Of a stretch of 64,000 nt of DNA, positions 38,210 through 47,299 are shown piece by piece. The stretch covers positions 67,925-131,924 of the forward strand of contig JBBRAK010000001.1 in the NCBI GenBank assembly GCA_038206875.1, given 5' to 3'. The DNA comes from Candidatus Saccharimonadales bacterium. GTDB lineage: Bacteria; Patescibacteriota; Saccharimonadia; Saccharimonadales; JBBQAJ01. The position numbers and the translations under genes are program-made. The notes under the pieces are model-generated. The model did no database searches. It was given only the letters and a program-made list of their open reading frames with translations, and had not been told where the DNA came from. Within the stretch, counting starts at the first letter, position 1; each line of letters starts with the position of its first letter.

Positions 38210-38563
38210 ATGGACTACTTCGAACGAAAGCTCGACGAAAAGCGGAGACTTACACTTCCGCCCGAGCTTCGAGATAAGTTTGCAAGCGGGGCCGTTGTTA
38301 CACGTGGCTTTGGTCAATACCTACATTTATATCCCAAAGATGTTTGGGAAAATCTGGTAGAGCCGCGGCTAGAAGGCGACCTGTTGGACGAGCGCATAGC
38401 TGATTTGAACATCCAGTTTAGGATGGGAAAAACAGATATGAAGCCCGACGTTAGACAGGGACGCATAACTCTAGAGCAGCATCTGTTGGACTATGCAGGT
38501 ATAGATCGCGATATTTCTGCCGTAAGTGTAGGTAAGCGATATTGGCGAATTATGGCTAAATAA
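38210..38563 (+). CDS. mraZ: Division/cell-wall cluster repressor MraZ
   Basis: KLDEKRRLTLP...VVTRG...LYP; DVRQGRITL; first gene of dcw. Confidence 0.9.
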   Translation: MDYFERKLDEKRRLTLPPELRDKFASGAVVTRGFGQYLHLYPKDVWENLVEPRLEGDLLDERIADLNIQFRMGKTDMKPDVRQGRITLEQHLLDYAGIDRDISAVSVGKRYWRIMAK

Positions 38564-38569
38564 CCACAT

Positions 38570-38800
38570 TTGGTGAGCTTACGTTCTTTAACAACAAAAT
38601 TCAAACAGATAGAAAAACAGAGCAAGCTTTCATCCCGAAGTAAGGGAAATGAGCTGCCCGCCAAAATGTATTTCATTTTGCCGGCGCGATGAGAAAAACC
38701 GCAGGCCTGCCTGACGGCAGACAGGTTTGTCTCATTACCCGAGGTTAGCTATCTGGCAGACAACACGTGGACATGGGGTAACCACGCTAAAAACCCTCGT
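38570..38800 (+). ncRNA. Candidate structured RNA between mraZ and rsmH
   Basis: Multiple stems plus long-range CAGATAG/CTATCTG and TTACCC/GGGTAA pairings. Confidence 0.5.
38706..38725. repeat. Short REP-like palindrome CCTGCCTGACGGCAGACAGG
   Basis: Imperfect palindrome capping a stem. Confidence 0.5.
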
Positions 38801-39047
38801 ACTTTCCATTAAAACACCTCCCAAAACTCCACCTCACACATAAGTCTCTCAAAATAGTTGTATAAGCAGTAAGGTCTTCGTAGGTTTTTTAAACCCACAA
38901 AAATAGACTCTACAAATTGCTAATATGACAAAAAAACAAAAACACCAAAAAACAAAAAGTTGGCTGCTGGATAGGTGACCTTGTAATAAAAAAGCAAGAA
39001 ATAAACACCAAAATCAAAAACCAAAATAAACATAGGATTTCTTCAAA

Positions 39048-39959
39048 ATGAAGAACCAAACTCACATTCCAGTGCTTCTTACGCAAGTCATGAAGTATCT
39101 AGACCCGAAAAAAGGGGATAAATATCTCGATTTGACGGCAGGATACGGTGGACATGCACAGAAAATATTGGAACGCACCTTAAATAGCAAGCAGGCAACT
39201 CTTGTTGATCGCGATCAAAAAGCGATTGACGAGCTGAAAAGCCAAAAGGAGTTACATGGTGCAGAAATAATCCACGAGGATTTTTTGTCTGCAAGTGTAA
39301 AACTTTTGGAACAAGGCCGTCAATTCAATGTTATTTTGGCTGATTTGGGCGTTTCGTCACCGCACCTTGATAATGCGGATCGTGGGTTTAGTATAAGGGC
39401 CAACGGGCCACTAGACATGCGCATGGACAGCCGTCAAGAACTTACTGCCAAAACCATAGTAAATACATATGATGAGGCAGATATAGTGAAGCTGCTACTA
39501 GACTATGGTGAAGAGCCAAAAGCTCGAACGATAGCGCGCAAGCTGGTTGCAAGTAGACCTATTACTACAACCCACGAGCTCGCAAAAATAATTGCGAGTA
39601 GCTCGCATAGTCGCAGTAAGGTTCATCCGGCAACCAAGAGTTTTCAAGCTCTCAGGATTGCAGTAAACGATGAGCTAGGATTGCTACAGAATGCTTTGCC
39701 ATTATGGCTTAAGCTACTTGATCCAGGAGGGCGAATAGTGATCATCAGTTTCCATAGTCTGGAAGATCGACTTACGAAAAATTTTTTTCGAGAGCATGCT
39801 GGTGACCGCTACGATGCTCCCTTAAAACTGCTCACCAAAAAGCCGGTGACGGCAGAGGAGCATGAATTAGTTTCCAATCCGCGTGCCCGTAGTGCCAAAC
39901 TACGAGCCGCAGTAAAAATAAACACATTCTCTACGGTTCGAAAGACCAAAGAGAACTAA
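39048..39959 (+). CDS. rsmH: 16S rRNA m4C1402 methyltransferase
   Basis: HIPVLL, DLTAGYGGH, DLGVSSPHLD, PLDMRMD, ISFHSLEDR, NPRARSAKLR. Confidence 0.98.
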   Translation: MKNQTHIPVLLTQVMKYLDPKKGDKYLDLTAGYGGHAQKILERTLNSKQATLVDRDQKAIDELKSQKELHGAEIIHEDFLSASVKLLEQGRQFNVILADLGVSSPHLDNADRGFSIRANGPLDMRMDSRQELTAKTIVNTYDEADIVKLLLDYGEEPKARTIARKLVASRPITTTHELAKIIASSSHSRSKVHPATKSFQALRIAVNDELGLLQNALPLWLKLLDPGGRIVIISFHSLEDRLTKNFFREHAGDRYDAPLKLLTKKPVTAEEHELVSNPRARSAKLRAAVKINTFSTVRKTKEN

Positions 39960-39977
39960 AAAAGGAAGGGGCAGAAA

Positions 39978-40037
39978 ATGCCAATACAGGTCAAAAACCT
40001 CTCCCGAGCGTACAAGGTTCGTGTCAAAGTGATGTAA
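39978..40037 (+). CDS. Candidate 19-aa micro-protein MPIQVKNLSRAYKVRVKVM
   Basis: AAAGGAAGGGG SD 7 nt upstream; followed by a hairpin. Confidence 0.4.
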   Translation: MPIQVKNLSRAYKVRVKVM

Positions 40038-40052
40038 ACCTTTGCGAAAAAT

Positions 40053-40083
40053 CTTCTCACCTGTCTTAGGGCAGGTGAGAGGG
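40053..40083. terminator. Strong hairpin between micro-ORF and ftsL
   Basis: CTTCTCACCTGTC / GGCAGGTGAGAGG, followed by an A-tract. Confidence 0.5.
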
Positions 40084-40126
40084 CAAAAAAATAAAAATAA
40101 AATAAAATACAGGAAAAAACTAATCT

Positions 40127-40474
40127 ATGACTTATTCAAGTTCACTGGCGATGGGTAGACAACGTTTTGCGACAGGTCAGCAAAACACCACTCGTCACAA
40201 TACAAGCGAGCGGACGCTCGGACCAATTAGTAATACAATTATGCTAATTGTCATGGCGTGCTTGTTGGGGTTGCTATATCTTGCTCAAGTAACAAAGACA
40301 AATACTTTGAGTTACCAAATAAACGACCTAAAAACTAAGCAAACTCATTTAAAAAATGAAAACGATGATTTGGCAGTTAGTTCGGCGCGTTTGCAATCCC
40401 TTGAAAGAATCAAAAACAGCGAAGTTGCAAATAATTTGGTATCTCTGGCATCGTCTGCGACAGTACAAAACTAA
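40127..40474 (+). CDS. ftsL: FtsL-like cell division protein
   Basis: Single TM + short coiled coil ending LQSLERI; position between rsmH and PBP. Confidence 0.75.
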   Translation: MTYSSSLAMGRQRFATGQQNTTRHNTSERTLGPISNTIMLIVMACLLGLLYLAQVTKTNTLSYQINDLKTKQTHLKNENDDLAVSSARLQSLERIKNSEVANNLVSLASSATVQN

Positions 40475-40492
40475 CTGATTAAAAGATTTATT

Positions 40493-42268
40493 GTGCGTCC
40501 AACTCGACTTAATCAAACAGTTCCAAAAACTATAACACGCGTTAAATTCTGGTACGCGTGTTTGTTGATTATTGCAGGAGTTTTTCTAATTAGACTTTTC
40601 TATCTGCAAGTAATAAGGCATGATTTTTATCAACAGGCAGCGTTGAGGGGACAGCTAAAGCAATATGAAATACAACCCGAGCGAGGAAAGATTGTTGCTC
40701 ACAACGGCATAGAGACTACGCCAATAGTCCTAAACCAAACCCTGTATACCCTATATACTGACCCCAAGTTTGTTAAGGACGCATCAAACACAGCTTTGGC
40801 ATTACAGAAGGTAATAGGAGGTGATGCCGGAGAATATCAAACAAAAATGACCGCCAATAGTCGTTATGAAATATTAGGCAAAAAACTAACTAAGGAAAAA
40901 AGTGATGCTATACGAGAACTAAAACTTAAAGGTGTTGGAACTCAGCCAACCAATTTTAGAACCTATCCACAAGGACAATTAGCATCGCAAATACTAGGGT
41001 TTGTAAATGATGAGGGTGATGGACAATATGGTTTAGAGCAGGCGTTAAATAATGAGTTAAAAGGCAAGGCGGGCCAGCTGAAGGCAATTACTGATGCCCA
41101 GGGAGTGCCACTAGCAGCAAATAAGGAAAATATAATAGTAAACCCGGTAGCGGGTAGACAAATTCTACTGACAGTTGACCTTGGCATGCAACAACAGTTG
41201 GAGGACGTTATCAAGCAACAGGTTGACGACACAAAGGCATCTCTAGGGTCTGCGTTAATAATGGACGCAAATACCGGTGCAATTAAGGCTATGGCCAACT
41301 ACCCAACATATAATCCTGGTGAGTTCACCAAGGTAGAGGACCAGTCCGTATTTAAAAATGCGGTTGTTTCTGACGCTTTTGAGGTTGGTTCAATAATGAA
41401 AACATTAACAGCTGCAGCCGCGCTAGACCAGGGTGTGATAAACAAAAATTCTAGCTACTATGACCCAGCGCAATTTACTGTCGACGGTTTTAAAATAACT
41501 AATATTGAAGAAGATGGTGGACCTGGCACTAAAACCATAGCTGATATATTGCAATTGTCGTTAAATACGGGAGCAACTTGGATGTTAATGCAGATGGGAG
41601 GTGGTCAAGTTAATCAAAAAGCACGTGAAGCATGGCATGACTATATGACTAATCATTATCAATTTGGTAGGCCTACTGGTATCGAGCAAAGCAATGAAGG
41701 TTCTGGTGTAGTACCAGATCCAAACGACGGGTTTGGCTTAAACATCCAGTATGCCAATACGGCATTTGGTCAGGGCCAAACAGAAACAATTTTGCAGATG
41801 GGTGCAGCGATTGCGTCCATAGTAAATGGTGGAACATATTATAAACCCCACCTTGTCGATGCGTATTTTGAGCAAGATGGTAGTATTAGGAAAAATGAAC
41901 CAACAATAGTTAAAAAGGATGTCGTTAATAAACAGGTTAGTCAAGATTTGCGGGAGTTTATGGAGTATACATTACAGAAAAATAAAATCAATTATGGCAC
42001 CAGAACTCTTCGTGATGAATATGCATATGGAGGAAAAACCGGGACTGCACAGATTCCAAATTCCACAGGGGGGTATTTCGACAATCAGTTTGAAGGAACA
42101 TTTTTGGGTTACGTTGGCGGTGATATGCCAGAGTATGTAATTGTTGTCCGGGTAAGTCGGGCTAGGAATATCTCTGGATATGCTGGAGCTAAAGCTGCGG
42201 CACCAATATATTTTAAGCTTGCAGATATGTTGATAAATAATTATGGTGTAAGGCCCAAATCTAGGTAA
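40493..42268 (+). CDS. ftsI: Class B penicillin-binding protein (FtsI-like)
   Basis: RLFYLQ, RTYPQG, EVGSIMK (SxxK), SLN (SxN), KTGTAQ. Confidence 0.93.
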   Translation: MRPTRLNQTVPKTITRVKFWYACLLIIAGVFLIRLFYLQVIRHDFYQQAALRGQLKQYEIQPERGKIVAHNGIETTPIVLNQTLYTLYTDPKFVKDASNTALALQKVIGGDAGEYQTKMTANSRYEILGKKLTKEKSDAIRELKLKGVGTQPTNFRTYPQGQLASQILGFVNDEGDGQYGLEQALNNELKGKAGQLKAITDAQGVPLAANKENIIVNPVAGRQILLTVDLGMQQQLEDVIKQQVDDTKASLGSALIMDANTGAIKAMANYPTYNPGEFTKVEDQSVFKNAVVSDAFEVGSIMKTLTAAAALDQGVINKNSSYYDPAQFTVDGFKITNIEEDGGPGTKTIADILQLSLNTGATWMLMQMGGGQVNQKAREAWHDYMTNHYQFGRPTGIEQSNEGSGVVPDPNDGFGLNIQYANTAFGQGQTETILQMGAAIASIVNGGTYYKPHLVDAYFEQDGSIRKNEPTIVKKDVVNKQVSQDLREFMEYTLQKNKINYGTRTLRDEYAYGGKTGTAQIPNSTGGYFDNQFEGTFLGYVGGDMPEYVIVVRVSRARNISGYAGAKAAAPIYFKLADMLINNYGVRPKSR

Positions 42269-42294
42269 TTTAAGGTATAATTAGAAAATATTTC

Positions 42295-43338
42295 ATGGAA
42301 CAATCATTAGACATATCAGTTCAAGTTAACACAGTGCTGAGAATACTGCTTCTAGGAGGGTTTAGCTTTGTATTAAGTATGGTTCTGACTCCTTTGTACA
42401 CACACATGGCGTACAAGGGACATTGGTGGAAAAAACCTAGAGAAAAAACAGTAACGGGTGAAATCGCTAAAGTTTTTACAAAGTTACATGCTTCAAAACA
42501 TAAAAGACTCATTCCAACTATGGCTGGTGTGATTTTTGTGCTGTCTGCTGGGTTGACGACTTTGCTCTTTAATCTGAGCCGTTCGGAAACATGGCTTCCG
42601 CTGGCTGCTTTTGTGGGGGCTGGTGCTGTCGGGCTTTTGGACGATATAATAAATATTCGGGGTAGTGGCAAGGGTGTAGCGGGGCTTCCTTCCAGGTTTA
42701 AGCTGATTTTAATGACACTTATTGCCCTCGTAGGTGGCTGGTTCTTTTACTTTCGTCTTGAAGTCACAAGCATACACTTACCCTGGCTAGGTCAACTGGG
42801 GATTGGATGGTTGATTATCCCGCTGTTTGTTTTGGTAGTTGTTGCTACGGCAAACGCCGTAAACATAAGTGACGGCTTGGACGGTTTAGCTGGTGGTTTG
42901 GTGGCAATTGCGTTTGGAGTATATTCAGTAATAGCATTTGTGGATCATAGGTACGGTATTGCTGGGTTCTGTATGAGTATAGTCGGTGCGCTTCTAAGCT
43001 ATACATGGTTTAATATATTTCCAGCACGATTTTTTATGGGCGATATAGGTTCATTTGCCCTCGGCACTGCTCTGGGAGTGGTTGCAATGCTTACTGACAC
43101 CGTTGTCATTTTGCCAATAATTGGGATTGTTTTTGTGGCTGAGGCAGGTTCAGTGATACTTCAAATTTCATCTAAGAAACTGCGAAATGGCAAAAAAATA
43201 TTTTTAATATCTCCCATACATCATCATTTTGAGGCACTTGGTTGGCCTGAAGCAAAAGTCACAATGAGATTTTGGGTGATAGGACAAGTAGCGGGAATTT
43301 TGGGGTTAGTCATGTTTTTGATTGGTAGGAATTTCTAA
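42295..43338 (+). CDS. mraY: Phospho-N-acetylmuramoyl-pentapeptide transferase
   Basis: PTMAG, GLLDD, NAVNISDGLDGL, FMGDIGS, PIHHHFE. Confidence 0.97.
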   Translation: MEQSLDISVQVNTVLRILLLGGFSFVLSMVLTPLYTHMAYKGHWWKKPREKTVTGEIAKVFTKLHASKHKRLIPTMAGVIFVLSAGLTTLLFNLSRSETWLPLAAFVGAGAVGLLDDIINIRGSGKGVAGLPSRFKLILMTLIALVGGWFFYFRLEVTSIHLPWLGQLGIGWLIIPLFVLVVVATANAVNISDGLDGLAGGLVAIAFGVYSVIAFVDHRYGIAGFCMSIVGALLSYTWFNIFPARFFMGDIGSFALGTALGVVAMLTDTVVILPIIGIVFVAEAGSVILQISSKKLRNGKKIFLISPIHHHFEALGWPEAKVTMRFWVIGQVAGILGLVMFLIGRNF

Positions 43339-43394
43339 GTGATCTTTGCTTTGAAAGTTACATCCCGGCTTCTATGCGATAGAAAGGCAAGTTA

Positions 43395-44627
43395 ATGCGT
43401 CCAATAGGAGCGAGACGGCCAGCTTTTTTAGACCGGTCTGGGCAAAGGCGACATAAACCAGACTATGTATTGTTAATTATTTCAGTTGTTCTTTTAGTTG
43501 TAGGTTTGATTGTAGTTATTGCCATAAGTCCTGGCTTGGCTGCACAAAAAAATCTAACAGAAAATTTTATCGTAACCAAGCAAATAGTTACTACCATACT
43601 TGCGATTTTGACGTTCACAATAGTGTCTAGAGTACCTATGTCGACTTGGAAAAAGTTGAGTAAACCCCTTATTTTACTGGCAGGTGGTGCAACTATTTTG
43701 GCATTGGTATTGCCAGTTAGCCCTGATTACCCGGCTCACAGATGGATTAGAATCGGTGGACAATCACTTCAGTCAGTTGAGTTTATTAAACTTGCAATAG
43801 TTATCAGTTTATCAATATTCTTAGCAGATAAGATTAGAAGGGGAGTAATAACTGAGTCAAAACGAACCTTGAACCCAATTCTGATTATAATCGGTGTATT
43901 GGGAGTTGTTGTGGCCGGTGCCCAGCAAGACTTGGGTTCTACGGGTGTTCTGGTTGTAATGGTAGCAGCAATGGCATATGTTGCAGGGCTGCCACTTAAG
44001 CGCATTGCGCAAATTGGAGCAATTATTTCAATCGGTACCTTGATTGCAATTTCAACATCTGCGTATCGCCGTGAAAGGGTTTTGACTTATTTAAACCCTG
44101 AAAAAGACTGCCAAAATGCGGGTTATCAGGCATGCCAGGCATTGATTGCTGTCGGGTCTGGAGGAATATCTGGCAAAGGATTAGGGTATGGCGCACAAGC
44201 GTATGGTTATTTGCCCGAGGCGTCAAACGACTCGATATTTGCTATTTTTGCGGAAAAATTTGGATTTATTGGTACCGCTGGAATTTTAGCGTTGTATGTA
44301 GGTCTTTTTAGTAGAGTCAAGAACATTTTGGAAAGAGCAGCAGACAATTATACAAGACTTGTAGTAGCAGGAGTTTTTGCATGGCTAAGTACGCAGACTT
44401 TAATAAATGTCGGAGCCATGATAGGTTTATTGCCGTTAAAAGGCATCACTTTGCCATTTATTAGTGCGGGCGGGACTAGCGTGCTTTTTGTTAGCGCAGC
44501 TGTCGGTATAGTATTCCAAATATCGCATTATACGACTTTTGGAGTAAGTGATAGTTCTGAAAACGTACCTGAGCTGGCTACAAGAAGTTCCGGCGGTGAT
44601 TGGCGAAGGGATAGGCGTAGAAGATGA
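43395..44627 (+). CDS. ftsW: SEDS peptidoglycan glycosyltransferase FtsW
   Basis: HRWI, QSVEFIK, DLGS, GYQ..QALIAVGSGG, LPEASNDSIFA, GITLPFISAGGTS. Confidence 0.93.
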   Translation: MRPIGARRPAFLDRSGQRRHKPDYVLLIISVVLLVVGLIVVIAISPGLAAQKNLTENFIVTKQIVTTILAILTFTIVSRVPMSTWKKLSKPLILLAGGATILALVLPVSPDYPAHRWIRIGGQSLQSVEFIKLAIVISLSIFLADKIRRGVITESKRTLNPILIIIGVLGVVVAGAQQDLGSTGVLVVMVAAMAYVAGLPLKRIAQIGAIISIGTLIAISTSAYRRERVLTYLNPEKDCQNAGYQACQALIAVGSGGISGKGLGYGAQAYGYLPEASNDSIFAIFAEKFGFIGTAGILALYVGLFSRVKNILERAADNYTRLVVAGVFAWLSTQTLINVGAMIGLLPLKGITLPFISAGGTSVLFVSAAVGIVFQISHYTTFGVSDSSENVPELATRSSGGDWRRDRRRR

Positions 44628-45778
44628 AATATTTGTTGAGTGGTGGGGGTACAGGAGGGCATATTAACCCTATTCTAGCGCTTGCTGAAGAACTAAAATA
44701 CTTAGAACCAAATAGTGCAGTTGTGTATGTCGGTGAAAGACACAGCAAATTCAAATCTCTGACCGAAGGTAGTAGATTAATTGATGAGAAATTTACAGTG
44801 TACTCAGGCAAATTTCGACGTTATCATGGTGAATCCGTGTTGAATCGAATATTTGATATAGTGACAATTGCTAAAAATTTTCGTGATGTAGTGTTTGTGG
44901 TGATTGGTTTTGTACAAAGCTACAAAATATTAGTAAAAACTAAACCGGATGTAGTCTTTTTAAAAGGTGGGTATGTTGGTGTTCCGGTTGGTTTGGCTTC
45001 GTCGTTGCTGCATATCCCAATTGTTACACATGATTCAGATGCCATACCCGGACTTGCAAATAAAATAGTGAGCAGGTGGACAAGTATTCATGCCACGGCG
45101 CTAGAAGCTGATTACTACAAGTATCCTAGAAATAAAATAAAAACCGTTGGGGTTCTAGTAGAAAAAAATTACCAACCAGTTAACGATGAAATCCAACGTG
45201 ATTACAAAAAGCAATTAGGTCTACCAGAAAACGAACAACTTGTGCTAATTACAGGTGGTAGTTCTGGCGCTGAACGGTTGAACCGGGTAGTGGTGAAAAT
45301 AATATCGGAGTTGCTTGATAAACACAGAGAGCTACGAGTTGTTCACCAAGTTGGGAAGGAGAAGCAGAAGGTGTATGGGGAGTTTCAACACGATAGACTA
45401 CAGATATTAGAATTTATGTCGCCAATGTATGTTTATACAGGAGCAGCTGACCTAATAGTTACTAGAGCTGGTGCAAATGCATTAGCGGAGTTTGGGATAC
45501 AAGGTAAGGCATGTATTGTCGTCCCCAACCCTGAACTAACGGGAGGGCATCAGACTAAAAACGCTCAAATTTTGGAAGGGGAGGGTGCTGTGGTGGTAGT
45601 AGAAGAGGATAAATTAACAGATGAAAAAGAGGGTCTTCTGACTAAAATAGCATCATTGATTAGTGATGACCCAAAAAGACGTCATTTGGCAGAAAACTTA
45701 CAGAAATATACTATTCCAAATGCAGCCAATTCATTAGCTCAGATTTTGATTAATGTACCAAAAGACACTAGTAAGTAG
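44624..45778 (+). CDS. murG: MurG lipid II GlcNAc transferase
   Basis: GGGTGGHINP, KGGYVGVP, GLANK, ITGGSSGA, TRAGA, HQTKNA. Confidence 0.96.
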   Translation: MKYLLSGGGTGGHINPILALAEELKYLEPNSAVVYVGERHSKFKSLTEGSRLIDEKFTVYSGKFRRYHGESVLNRIFDIVTIAKNFRDVVFVVIGFVQSYKILVKTKPDVVFLKGGYVGVPVGLASSLLHIPIVTHDSDAIPGLANKIVSRWTSIHATALEADYYKYPRNKIKTVGVLVEKNYQPVNDEIQRDYKKQLGLPENEQLVLITGGSSGAERLNRVVVKIISELLDKHRELRVVHQVGKEKQKVYGEFQHDRLQILEFMSPMYVYTGAADLIVTRAGANALAEFGIQGKACIVVPNPELTGGHQTKNAQILEGEGAVVVVEEDKLTDEKEGLLTKIASLISDDPKRRHLAENLQKYTIPNAANSLAQILINVPKDTSK

Positions 45779-45784
45779 CAATAA

Positions 45785-46696
45785 ATGCGTTTATTTGAAA
45801 GAAAAAATAAGCTTCAACCACGTAGGCGTGAAAGACCGCCAAACAATCACCCAGCTACTTTTTCATATTACGCTAGAGGTGCAGTGTCTGATGACAAAAA
45901 TGGTGCTCAACGAAATATTTCAAAATCTGACATATCTCGCAAGTATCGGTTTAAGTTTAGTCATATTCCAAGCTATATTGCACTGGTAGTTATTGCTGTT
46001 GCACTTGGGTATTCATGTCTACTTCAACCAAACCCTAAAATCATAATTGTTGGTGCTCCAGATACGGTACATCGCGACACCAAAGAGTATAAGGATGTTG
46101 TAAATTCAATTTGGAGTAAATCGGTCTTCAGTAGAACGAAGCTGACAATTTCTACAAACGAAATTGAAAGAGAAATTGCAAAAAGGTTTCCGGAAGTCGC
46201 CGATATCCACATAGAACTACCCCTAATGGGCAGACGGGCTACGGTGACGCTGACTCCTGTAAAGCCATCATTGCAAATAGTTAGTGTAAACGGTTCGTTC
46301 TATGTTGATTCAAGTGGCAAAGTTCTGGCCAAAACTTTGGATTTGCAGCAAAACGATATAAAAGAACTTCCACTTATTAGAGACGAGTCAGGCATTTCGG
46401 CAGATCCAGGCAAAGACATTATTCCTGGACCCGACGCAAAATTTTTGCAAAATTTGTATGTTCAACTTCGTGCACAAGGCGTAACGGTGGAGTCAATAAC
46501 TTTGCCGAAAGGTGTCGCGATTCAGGCAGATGTAAAAGTCACTGAACAGCGTTATTATGTAAAGTTTTCTCTGGATAGCGATCCCCGGCAAGCAGTAGGG
46601 ACCTACATGGCAGCAAAAGCAAAACTAGACAGCGAACGGGTTGTACCTGCTGAGTATCTAGATGTCAGAGTACCGGAGAAAGTTTTCTATAAATAA
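45785..46696 (+). CDS. FtsQ/DivIB-like protein
   Basis: Basic N-tail, single TM, POTRA-like region, YVDSSG, EYLDVRVPEKVFYK; dcw position. Confidence 0.75.
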   Translation: MRLFERKNKLQPRRRERPPNNHPATFSYYARGAVSDDKNGAQRNISKSDISRKYRFKFSHIPSYIALVVIAVALGYSCLLQPNPKIIIVGAPDTVHRDTKEYKDVVNSIWSKSVFSRTKLTISTNEIEREIAKRFPEVADIHIELPLMGRRATVTLTPVKPSLQIVSVNGSFYVDSSGKVLAKTLDLQQNDIKELPLIRDESGISADPGKDIIPGPDAKFLQNLYVQLRAQGVTVESITLPKGVAIQADVKVTEQRYYVKFSLDSDPRQAVGTYMAAKAKLDSERVVPAEYLDVRVPEKVFYK

Positions 46697-46750
46697 CTAG
46701 TTAAGTCGGTTTACGGAAATTGCAAGTCCCACTACTGCTACTCTGCTTCA

Positions 46751-46779
46751 GTTCGCAAAATGTTCATGTTTATTTGAGC
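46751..46779. repeat. Direct repeat copy A, GTTC-N7-GTTC
   Basis: GTTCGCAAAATGTTC identical at 47271-47285, similarity extends about 14 bp further. Confidence 0.7.
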
Positions 46780-46912
46780 CGTAAACTTTGAGAAAAAGTA
46801 TATAACACATCTAAAACAGGCAATTGTCAAAAAAACTATGTACATCAGAAAAGCAGGGTATTGCAAATTTTAAAACAATAGCATGAAAAAGCAAATGTTT
46901 TCACGACGTAAC

Positions 46913-46921
46913 TGTGGATAA
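46913..46921 (-). promoter_or_regulatory. DnaA box
   Basis: TGTGGATAA perfect match, intergenic. Confidence 0.55.
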
Positions 46922-47086
46922 GTCAAATAGTGTCAATCGTCACAACAGCAATCAACGAGCTGGGCATACGCAAAGACTTCAAGGATAGTTTGGAGTAGTA
47001 CAGTCCAGTCTGAGTTTATTTTGATGCAATGGCAAAATAGTTCCCTACAGGGGATGTACTAGCAATCAAGAAACCACACCATTATA

Positions 47087-47114
47087 GAGTCGTAAAATAT
47101 ACATTGTGCGACGT
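47087..47114. other. dif-like Xer recombination site
   Basis: - strand ACGTCGCACAA-TGTATA-TTTTACGACTC: 11-6-11 layout, E. coli dif spacer, quasi-palindromic arms. Confidence 0.55.
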
Positions 47115-47270
47115 GAGGTATGTGTGTTATTGGACTACTCTGCTTACGTTCCATCCGCCCACTATTCTCTAAATATTTTTTCTAATTACTTTACACGCTG
47201 ACTGCTCTGTCAAGCACAGTTCAGTTCCGTTTAGCTGTTTTGAATTATCCGATGTTTGGTACATAAAAAC

Positions 47271-47299
47271 GTTCGCAAAATGTTCGTATTAATTTAAGC
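47271..47299. repeat. Direct repeat copy B, GTTC-N7-GTTC
   Basis: Matches 46751-46779. Confidence 0.7.

Noticed and set aside
38925-38978. Micro-ORF MTKKQKHQKTKSWLLDR upstream of rsmH
   Set aside because: No SD or -10 support; explained by A-rich low-complexity sequence.
44526-44540. CATTATACGACTT, similar to a dif half-site
   Set aside because: Lies inside ftsW coding sequence (QISHYTT) and lacks a convincing partner arm.
46697-47298. Replication origin or certain terminus call
   Set aside because: Only one DnaA box, no dnaA/dnaN, convergent genes, and spot checks show no GC-skew flip; needs the whole genome.
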